Shown here: positions 37,444 to 44,882 of the stretch, piece after piece
Layout of the letters: each line of letters opens with the position of its first letter
Numbering within the stretch: position 1 is the stretch's first letter
Virus record (IMG/VR): IMGVR_UViG_2645727837_000002
Span: 1-64,000 of that record
DNA length: 64,000 nt
From: an uncultured virus (IMG/VR IMGVR_UViG_2645727837_000002)
Lineage: Duplodnaviria > Heunggongvirae > Uroviricota > Caudoviricetes
Reading direction: 5' to 3' (one strand)
The notes under the pieces: generated by a model
The model's database searches: none
Seen by the model: only the letters and a program-made list of their open reading frames with translations
Told to the model about the DNA's origin: nothing
Position numbers and translations under genes: made by a program

Positions 37444-37836
37444 TCAAGTTGAACCTATCGGGTATGGGTCGACTTCCTGAAACAGCGCGTGGTGAAACAC
37501 ATCGTGCAGGTAGTCCTTGATGCTGTTCCGGTTACGGCCAGTGATCCGGATAACAGCCCCCGTGTCCAGCGATGGCGTGACGATCACGTGGTGTTCCGAC
37601 CATCCGTCGTACATCCCGTGTCCGTTCATGTGATGAAAATCGGCTTGAAATACCAGCTTGTTGCTCTTGCACTCGTCTTCGAGCAGTTGCGTGCCTGAGT
37701 CAAGGCCCGAGCCTGAAGGAAGCATGTCGAGCAGCTTTCCGAGGCGCACTTCATGGCTGGGAAGGTAGGGGCTGCGCGTGGACTTGCAGCGCTCGATAGT
37801 CGCGAGCGTGGACGCAATCGCGGCATAAAGCGGCAT
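37444..37836 (-). CDS. Hypothetical phage protein
   Basis: LPSGSGLDSG..FHHMNGHGMYDGW; stop lies inside a palindrome. Confidence 0.65.
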   Translation of the reverse strand: MPLYAAIASTLATIERCKSTRSPYLPSHEVRLGKLLDMLPSGSGLDSGTQLLEDECKSNKLVFQADFHHMNGHGMYDGWSEHHVIVTPSLDTGAVIRITGRNRNSIKDYLHDVFHHALFQEVDPYPIGST

Positions 37837-37975
37837 GGTGGTGGTGATCACGATTCCTATCGGAATGGTTTTGTCAGAGGCTCTATATGCCGCTGGCGTT
37901 GTTTTTGGCTAGGTGGGTATACGGGAGATCCCGAAAGGCCCACCTGCACCTGGAAAAACGGTCTGGCCCGCTGAT

Positions 37976-38347
37976 TCAGCCGAAGATGTACGTCCACACT
38001 CCGATCACGGCCAGGATCACGGTCGCGAGGACGCACAGTCTGCCGATGGTGCGATCGGCGGAATCGGCGGTAGCCAGCTCGCGAGCGGTGAGTTCCACCC
38101 GTACGTTCCAGCCGCGGATGGTTCGAGTCGTCGAGACCGTGGTCGTCCGCACATAGGCTCGGGCGTCGTGGATGGAACGCGGAGCACGAGCTGGAGCGAA
38201 GACGACGAGCGCGCGGCCTGCTACGGGAGCACGAGCTGGAGCTAGAGCACGAGCTGGAGCGGTAGCGAGCAGCGCGTTGCTATGTGCGGTCTCGATTACT
38301 TGCTGCGAGGGGGACAAGCATATCCGGTTTACAGGTGTAATTTTCAT
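37976..38347 (-). CDS. Hypothetical membrane-anchored protein with APARA repeats
   Basis: Three GAGCACGAGCTGGAGC repeats; C-terminal TM helix. Confidence 0.45.
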   Translation of the reverse strand: MKITPVNRICLSPSQQVIETAHSNALLATAPARALAPARAPVAGRALVVFAPARAPRSIHDARAYVRTTTVSTTRTIRGWNVRVELTARELATADSADRTIGRLCVLATVILAVIGVWTYIFG

Positions 38348-38413
38348 CGTCGTTGGTATTTATCGTATAAATGCGACAGAAACGCGATTCGGAAGCGCGT
38401 CGCGAATTCAGGA

Positions 38414-38860
38414 GGGACAAGGATGGAGGTCTGATTCGTTTCTTATATAAAACTAGAACTATCAGATAGATGCGATTTCGCAATGAAGTCGACTTTGACG
38501 CCCATCCTTGTCCCCTCTCTTTTCTTCTTTGGAACAGAAAGGGAAAGAGAAAAAGAAGAGAAGTTGAATACGTAAGTTTTTGATTTACAAAGACAATCCA
38601 AGGCAACTATCAGATAGTTGCCGCTGCGCTCTGCACCCCTCCTGGCCCTCTACCCGAGCTGGAGCCGGAGGGGGCGTGGTAGCGAACCGGGGACAAGGAA
38701 AACTATGTTGCATAGAAACAACATAGTTTCGGGCACCGGGTTACGCTCCGCACATTCGCTACCGCTCCCACAAAATCGCCCGCTCCAACTATCAGATATA
38801 TGCGTGCGTTTCGCGTGACGCGGAATGCTGCGCAATTAACCATTTCGGTTCAAGTTGAAC
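38414..38860. promoter_or_regulatory. Non-coding control region with three direct repeats, an IHF site and palindromes (candidate cos/pac or origin)
   Basis: AACTATCAGATA at 38457, 38605, 38787; IHF consensus at 38573-38585; inverted repeats 38414-26/38502-14, 38602-22 and 38700-10/38719-29. Confidence 0.6.
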
Positions 38861-38950
38861 GTTTGCACTCGCTTTATTTCCCACTTGTCGAGCGCTCCCC
38901 ATGCCAATAGCGACACGATCGCCAATCCCGCTACCGCTCCAGCGACCATG

Positions 38951-39331
38951 TCAGCGCCCTCCCCGCAGCGCGCGCAACGTCGCGCCGTCGCGCACGGTCG
39001 CTCCCCACGCTTCGACGAGCCGGCCGAGATCGCACCGGACCTCCTGGACCTGGACTTCGCGCCGGTATCGCGCCTCAGCTGCCCGCTGCCGCTTCCGCGT
39101 CATGGGCCGCGCTACCGCTTCTGCCGCGGGAGCGGTAGCGGTTTCACGAGCGAACTCGGGCCATTCCTCTTCCGGAAGGTTGGCGCGGATCATCGCGATG
39201 CACGCCAGCCGCTCTGCACGCTCGCCGTGCTGCTGATCGAACCGGAACGCGCGCTGATACTGGCGCTGCGCATCAAGGCCGCTGGAAATCGCTTTCGAAT
39301 AGTTGCTGATCGTCGGATCAAGGTAGCGCAT
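38951..39331 (-). CDS. Hypothetical protein
   Basis: GGAG RBS; preceded by a palindrome variant. Confidence 0.5.
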   Translation of the reverse strand: MRYLDPTISNYSKAISSGLDAQRQYQRAFRFDQQHGERAERLACIAMIRANLPEEEWPEFARETATAPAAEAVARPMTRKRQRAAEARYRREVQVQEVRCDLGRLVEAWGATVRDGATLRALRGGR

Positions 39332-39569
39332 CGGAATTCTCCGGATGGTTCAACTTGCACTTTTCATCCAGTTTCTGGATCAAGCCGCCTACTGGGCGCT
39401 ACTACGCCTGCCGCAGAGGCATGACCGGATTCGTGGATACGTGGATGCCCCAGCGACAGGCGCATGAACGGTAGCGCCGGCCCCTATAGGGAGAAGAAAA
39501 AGGAACGACTCACGCCACCACGCGCGAGCCGTTCAAACCCGCCCAGTCTGGCAACTGGACGGGGTTGAC

Positions 39570-40328
39570 TTATGCCGCTACCGTTTCGGTTTCGGCGACT
39601 GCGATATTCAGGGCTGCTGCTGCCTGAACGTCGGCGAGAATCGTTTGTGCAAAGAACTGCCGATCCGCATCGGTCATACCCGCCATGACGGCGCGCACGG
39701 ATTCAGCGAAACGCGCCGCGTTTTCGCGCGATACGTCTGCAACGCTGCGGTTATCCGCTTCATTCACCTCAGCGGCGGGCGTTTGTGCGGGCTGTGCATC
39801 GCTCGCGGGCGCTTCAGGCGTGCTGCTCGTTACTTCAGACGGAGTTTTCGCGGTTGCGCCTTTCGGCTCGCGCTTACCCGCCGCTTTAGCGAACCCGAAC
39901 GCGGCAAACAACGCGTCTTGCGACGTGCAGCCCATGCCGAGAAGCCACGCGCGCACGATGCCGGCCGCGTCTTCGTCTTTCTCTGCGTTCGCAATTTCAG
40001 TCACGGGCGCGCCCTTGTCGGCTGCTTGCTTCGCGATGCCAACCGATTTTTCCGCGTAACGCTTCGCGGTCGGAAACGCGGCACGCGTGGCGCTTACGCG
40101 ATCGGCCGCGCCCATGTCCGCCCACTTTTTACCGGCGCGTTGCTCGGCGATTTGCTCGCTCAACACGTCAATCAAGCGAGCCGCATAGCCGCGCGCGCCG
40201 TGATTGTCGTCGCGAAGGCACAAGGCAACGATTGCCGAGTAAGCGCGCGTGATTGCGCTGCGTTCCGTGCCGATGATTTCCTTCGCGGCATAGGTTGCCG
40301 CGCCCGATGCAATTTGAAACTCAGCCAT
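39570..40328 (-). CDS. Hypothetical Ala-rich protein, first gene of the leftward early cluster
   Basis: 252-aa ORF with AGGGG RBS; two palindrome variants upstream. Confidence 0.65.
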   Translation of the reverse strand: MAEFQIASGAATYAAKEIIGTERSAITRAYSAIVALCLRDDNHGARGYAARLIDVLSEQIAEQRAGKKWADMGAADRVSATRAAFPTAKRYAEKSVGIAKQAADKGAPVTEIANAEKDEDAAGIVRAWLLGMGCTSQDALFAAFGFAKAAGKREPKGATAKTPSEVTSSTPEAPASDAQPAQTPAAEVNEADNRSVADVSRENAARFAESVRAVMAGMTDADRQFFAQTILADVQAAAALNIAVAETETVAA

Positions 40329-40808
40329 GTTAGTACCCCTAAGCGTAGGTTGCGAATGGCGCGGGATTGCGCCGTTTGCTTTGGTTCAACTTGCACCTTT
40401 CATCTACTGCGCTGCGAAAGGTTCAACGTTGCACCTTTGGGACTGACCCGTGCGCAAGGCGCACGTCTCCCCCAGCGACCACGGGGCGCATGCCCCGTGG
40501 TCGCTGCGTTACTGCATCTACCACGGTTATAAGGATACTATGATTTAACACGAAGGGGTTGCGCTGCGGTTTCGACTATGCTAGGTACACTGCGTTTGAT
40601 TTTTTCGATTTTCCAACCATAGTATGCTTTATACTATTCCCGCTACCGTCCCTGCCCCCGATCCTGCACGAGCAGATGGCGCGCGCCGTCGCAGCCGAAA
40701 CATTCCGTAACAATATTTCCGGGGCCAGATACTGCGACGTTGGCGAGTTGGACTCCGAACGGTCTAGCCCCTAGTTAGCGAGGCGGTGCACGAATACATG
40801 ACGACGAG

Positions 40809-41384
40809 ATGACGATGGAGAAAGAGAAACTTAAGCGCCAGGACTTTACGGTTGAGATGGCTCGCGAGCACTTTGGCTACGACCCAGCAGCAGGTCGCGT
40901 TATTCGTCTGACAAACAGTCCGAGAGGGCCTAGATCTGCCGGAAAAATCGCCAGCTCCTTACACAAACCATCAGGTTTTCGGCAGGTAGTTTTCAAAGGG
41001 TTAGTCATCTATGAACATCATCTCGTATGGGCACTCGCCTATGGATACTGGCCTACAGGCTCGATTCGCCATCGAGACGATGACAAGCAAAACAACCAGG
41101 TTGAGAACCTGTTTGACCCCGCCCAAGTTGTAACCGTAAGTAACCTTGCGGACACGAAAGACGCTTTCCCAGGAGTCATCGTCACCAACTCCGGGAACTA
41201 CAGGGCCACCATTTATCGAGATAAAGCAATCCACCTTGGCACGTTCTCAAGTCCTGTAGAAGCGCATGAGATGTACCTTGCAGCCAAGGTCGTTCTTCAT
41301 AGTCCTCTTAACAGAGGAGTAAGTACCGATGAATTGCTAAAACCTCTTTTGATAAGCCGAAAGGGACTTGCAAAGGTAGGTTGA
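40809..41384 (+). CDS. HNH endonuclease with AP2-like DNA-binding domain
   Basis: HHLVWAL..IRHRDDDKQNNQVENL; FPGV..YRATI..HLGTFSSPVEAHEMY; low GC. Confidence 0.85.
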   Translation: MTMEKEKLKRQDFTVEMAREHFGYDPAAGRVIRLTNSPRGPRSAGKIASSLHKPSGFRQVVFKGLVIYEHHLVWALAYGYWPTGSIRHRDDDKQNNQVENLFDPAQVVTVSNLADTKDAFPGVIVTNSGNYRATIYRDKAIHLGTFSSPVEAHEMYLAAKVVLHSPLNRGVSTDELLKPLLISRKGLAKVG

Positions 41385-41396
41385 GACAGGTAAAGT
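41368..41396 (+). promoter_or_regulatory. Sigma70-type promoter of the candidate sRNA
   Basis: TTGCAA (41368-73), 17-nt spacer, TAAAGT (41391-96). Confidence 0.65.
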
Positions 41397-41402
41397 TAAC
41401 AA

Positions 41403-41568
41403 AGTGCTTGATGATCTGTGGTGGTGAGTCAAGCATGGCAAGTTGAGAGACTTGTCTTAGGCAGTCGAGGTGGCCAGCCTCACTGTCAGCCCTCTTCAGG
41501 GGCATGTTTTGATCAATGTTAGCTGTTAGGTCGCCCCGAGGATTAGCTACCCTCGGGGCGATTTTTTT
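41403..41568 (+). ncRNA. Candidate multi-seed trans-acting small RNA
   Basis: Promoter, four hairpins, an unpaired U-rich tract and a terminator; loops and tract are complementary to motifs at many phage start codons. Confidence 0.75.
41531..41568 (+). terminator. Intrinsic terminator of the candidate sRNA
   Basis: TCGCCCCGAGG, 9-nt loop, CCTCGGGGCGA, then T7. Confidence 0.9.
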
Positions 41569-41616
41569 CGTACTCGCGTTTCTAGTAGTTCTCTTCGCGG
41601 TTATACATGCTCAGCA

Positions 41617-44136
41617 TCAAGCGGCGATGGGCTTCGCGCCAGAAGGGGCCGTCGATGTACTCTGCGAACCCAACGATCCCACAAGTGTGAGGTTTTCGTA
41701 CTGAATCTCCTGTCCCCCCAGCTCCGTGTTTCTGATCGTAAGCTTGAATCCGAACTCGGTAGCCAATTCCCGCATCTTGGCTCTGAACTGCGTCGATCCA
41801 ACAGGCTTGGCACTTCCCGGCCCTACGCAGAAGGACCAGTATGTCTGATAGAGCTTCGTTTCCACCACCGAGATGGGGGCTGAACTCTTCGACCCAGCGG
41901 ATGCCTCCGGTTGGAGAGCGCCCATCCGCACCTTGCCACTCTCCGTGAGAAAAAACCGGACGCTGTTGTTGAGGTTGGCGACTTCACGCATGGTCTGCTT
42001 ATGCGAATCGGGCAACGTGAACTCGTTGTGCGCCTTCAACCGACTCATCGATTGCACGGCCCACGCGACGATCGCTTCACGCTCCTCGACGACGATCACA
42101 TCCCCGAGGTCCAGGCGGCGCTCAGAGGCCTTCACGGGCCGGTTGAACTGAAGCACGAGCCAGCGACGGTTGAAGCCCTCAGACGTGTCTTCCGTGCGCG
42201 GATAGTGGTTCGACGCGAACCAGTGCGTGCAGATCGGCCGGAAGCGGAAGATCTGGCCACCCTTCATCTGCCCTGACATCTCCGCGCCGTCGATAATGTC
42301 CTTGAAGCGCTGGCCGTCGACCAGTTTCTTCTCGCTCAGCTCACCCGCGACGTTGATGATCTTCTCGAACATCTGCGTCGGCAGGAACTTGTCGGCCCAC
42401 TCGTTCGGCGGCACCGCAGCGCGCGCGTTGTCGGGCACGAGCGACTGTGCGATCTTCAACAACTGGCTCTTCCCGGACTTCGGCGCACCCTGAAGCAGCA
42501 CGGCGCGCTGGAAACGCGGGCCGAGACCGAACAGCGTGACGGCCAGCGCCTCTTGAATAGCGTCAAGCTTCTGCTGGTAGTCCTCATCCTCACCCCAGCT
42601 CTTCTTCAGGAATTCGAAGAACATCGGGCAATTTCCCGAGATTTCGGGCAGGTAACGGAACGGCAACGTGTAGATCATGCCGTAGCCGGGGTCGTGATTC
42701 AGCAGCTTCAGGTCTTCCGTGAGGAAGCCGTTCGCGAAGTTCACCCCGCGCACGTCGAGCGTGCGAATACCCTGCGGCAAGATGGTCTTCATCAGGTTGT
42801 GAATGCCGCGGATGTCGTTGAACTTCTTGCACGCTGTCAGATGGCCATAGTCGGCCGAGATCTTCGACAGCACGTAGTTGTCGTCGAGCTTTTCCCAGTG
42901 CGAACCGGCCCACTTCCAGAGAAAGCCGTTATGCGCGCGCACGGGGAACATCTGTTCGAGATCCTTGATAACGGCGCGCGCCACTTCCGACTGATCTTGA
43001 CCCTTGATCTCGCCCATACGCAGCTCTTTGATGCGCGCCTTGAGCGAAGAGAGCTTCAGACCCATGCCACCCGACGTCGAAATGAAGTCAAGGATGCGGT
43101 CCTCTTCGAGCTTGTTGAGGCTCGACGTCGTGGCCACCTTGTGCAGCGCCTTGTCGATCGACTGGCTGCGCTGCGGCGAATCCTTCGGAAAACGCTCGAA
43201 TTCGTCCAGGAGGAACTGCTTGAGGTCGTCGAACCCCCATTCTTCCTGCTCTTTCGTGAAGTCGAGGCTGTACGCCTGCTTCTCTTCGTCGGTCAGACCG
43301 TCGTCCCAACCACTCGGCAGCACCTTCTGCTTGTCGTAGACGTCACGGTGCAGGAACTTGATCATGTTCTTGACGTGCTTGTCGACGTCGATCGGATCAC
43401 CTGCAACGTTCTCCACGAAGTCGGCCGCGTACGCCTGAAGCATACCGATGGCTTCCTTCAACGAGCGGTCGCCGCGCATGACCGCGTACGCGAAGAGGCC
43501 TGCGCGTTCCGTCAGCGACGTGTCGCGCGAGCCGGCCGACGCAAAGTCAACCACGCGCGTCCAACCCGAGTGCGACAGCTCGACGCCGGCTTCCTGCAAC
43601 GCGGCGCGCAGCATCGATTCGATCTGCGGGTCGAGCGCCGGCAGCATGTGGACGACGTCGACCAGCTCGCAGTTCGCCTCGTACGGGCGCTTCGTGTCCG
43701 GGTGGATAGACGGCGGCAGTACGGACTGCGTGCGAGCCGACAGCATTTCGCAGATCGTCTCGCCCGACGTGTTCTTGATACGGAAGGTCTTCAGGCCCGT
43801 GTACTTGAACGCGAGCATCATCCCCTTCTTGCCGATACGGCACCACGGCGACGCCGGCAGCAGACTCTGGATGATCGACGTCAACCGCTGGTCGACCGTG
43901 TCGATGTCCATCATGACGATGCCCGACTGCGGGCCGAGCACGATACCGATGTTCGACGTCGGGCACTGCTCGATCCACACCTGCTGTTGCTCAGGCTCGA
44001 CCGGATGATCGAAGTAACGCGACCAGTCGTTCGGGATCGGCTTCTTCTCTTCGGGGTAAAGCGGGATGACGGGCAGGCCCTTCGCGTAGTACCTCGGTGC
44101 GGTCTGCGCAAAGATCGGTTGACGTTCAGTTCTCAT
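41617..44136 (-). CDS. Bifunctional primase-polymerase fused to a D5-like SF3 helicase
   Basis: N-terminal VIPL..KKP..NIGIVLG..MDID..VLPPSIHP; C-terminal Walker A GAPKSGKS, FASNH, FNRRW. Confidence 0.9.
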   Translation of the reverse strand: MRTERQPIFAQTAPRYYAKGLPVIPLYPEEKKPIPNDWSRYFDHPVEPEQQQVWIEQCPTSNIGIVLGPQSGIVMMDIDTVDQRLTSIIQSLLPASPWCRIGKKGMMLAFKYTGLKTFRIKNTSGETICEMLSARTQSVLPPSIHPDTKRPYEANCELVDVVHMLPALDPQIESMLRAALQEAGVELSHSGWTRVVDFASAGSRDTSLTERAGLFAYAVMRGDRSLKEAIGMLQAYAADFVENVAGDPIDVDKHVKNMIKFLHRDVYDKQKVLPSGWDDGLTDEEKQAYSLDFTKEQEEWGFDDLKQFLLDEFERFPKDSPQRSQSIDKALHKVATTSSLNKLEEDRILDFISTSGGMGLKLSSLKARIKELRMGEIKGQDQSEVARAVIKDLEQMFPVRAHNGFLWKWAGSHWEKLDDNYVLSKISADYGHLTACKKFNDIRGIHNLMKTILPQGIRTLDVRGVNFANGFLTEDLKLLNHDPGYGMIYTLPFRYLPEISGNCPMFFEFLKKSWGEDEDYQQKLDAIQEALAVTLFGLGPRFQRAVLLQGAPKSGKSQLLKIAQSLVPDNARAAVPPNEWADKFLPTQMFEKIINVAGELSEKKLVDGQRFKDIIDGAEMSGQMKGGQIFRFRPICTHWFASNHYPRTEDTSEGFNRRWLVLQFNRPVKASERRLDLGDVIVVEEREAIVAWAVQSMSRLKAHNEFTLPDSHKQTMREVANLNNSVRFFLTESGKVRMGALQPEASAGSKSSAPISVVETKLYQTYWSFCVGPGSAKPVGSTQFRAKMRELATEFGFKLTIRNTELGGQEIQYENLTLVGSLGSQSTSTAPSGAKPIAA

Positions 44137-44677
44137 TCGAAGACTCTTGTGTGGTGGTGGACGCAGCGTCATCGTCGGAACGACGAGTGTTGATTGCGCT
44201 GCGCAGGCGTTCCATGACCTCAGTGCGCTGATCCGGCGACATGCACTCTTCCATGATGCTCAGGACGGTGTCCTGGAAGTCGCGAATCTGCTTGATCCCC
44301 AGTGCACGCTCACGAGCTGTCACCAGACGTTCGAGAAGACTGGTCGCCGTGCGAAAGTACGCCATCCGCTCCGTCTGGTCTGATTGAGGGATGGTCTTGC
44401 CGTAGTTCTTCAGGTCGGCGAAGACTCGATACAGGTCGATGTCGAGACTCGAATCGATCTGGTCCTCGGTGATCTCGAAATCCGCTATGTCAACCTTCTT
44501 TTGTTCAGGTTGAACCTGACGATGAATCAGGTTCGAGATCACTTTCTTGAAATCGACACCGTAAGGGCATGCTTCATCGTCAAGATAGGCCGCATTCTCC
44601 GTGGCCAAGGTAATGATCATCTTGATCGACCACTCGACATGATCGGTAATGACCGGGTAGTGAAAGTCGTTGCTCAT
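44126..44677 (-). CDS. Hypothetical protein divergent from the large terminase (possible small terminase)
   Basis: 183-aa helical ORF coupled to the primase; function inferred from position only. Confidence 0.5.
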   Translation of the reverse strand: MSNDFHYPVITDHVEWSIKMIITLATENAAYLDDEACPYGVDFKKVISNLIHRQVQPEQKKVDIADFEITEDQIDSSLDIDLYRVFADLKNYGKTIPQSDQTERMAYFRTATSLLERLVTARERALGIKQIRDFQDTVLSIMEECMSPDQRTEVMERLRSAINTRRSDDDAASTTTQESSNEN

Positions 44678-44882
44678 AGGGTTCTCGCTGAAGAGGAGTG
44701 CAAGGATACCGGCCAGCCCCTCCGCGAAGAATGGAAATCACGACGTTTATCTGCTAAACGCTCGCCTCTATCATCTGAAGCCAGCGAAAGGGACAACAAC
44801 AGACACGCCCGTCAGATTTTCTTTGTGCTCCGATGACCGGCCGCGTGAGAATAGCGCCTGCTTAGATGGCCGAATCATCCCT

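Larger units (their letters stand above)
26876..44515. repeat. Dispersed 13-bp palindrome GTTCA-RNY-TGAAC (candidate operator)
   Basis: Exact cores at 26876, 28785, 32308, 33832, 35372, 36342, 37442, 38848, 44503; one-mismatch copies (TGCAC) at 39348 and 40384; variant at 40421. Confidence 0.85.

Noticed and set aside
38181..38270. GAGCACGAGCTGGAGC repeats as a mini-CRISPR
   Set aside because: They are short, irregularly spaced, in frame as APARA peptide repeats, and there are no cas genes.
41308..41505. Minus-strand 65-aa ORF whose ATG is preceded by GATCAAAAC
   Set aside because: It has no SD, overlaps the HNH gene and has no recognisable protein features, while the promoter and terminator both point to the plus strand. 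Kept only as an alternative explanation for the sRNA locus.
26876..44515. Palindrome as a LexA box or canonical parS
   Set aside because: It does not match CTGT-N8-ACAG, GAAC-N4-GTTC, GTTC-N7-GTTC or TGTTTCACGTGAAACA, and no parA/parB is in the window.
44670..44882. Extended ORF-track starts for terL (44670), ligase (13524), Topo-like gene (24883) and chaperone (55104)
   Set aside because: The extensions run through other genes, terminators or divergent intergenic DNA; downstream ATGs have better leaders.
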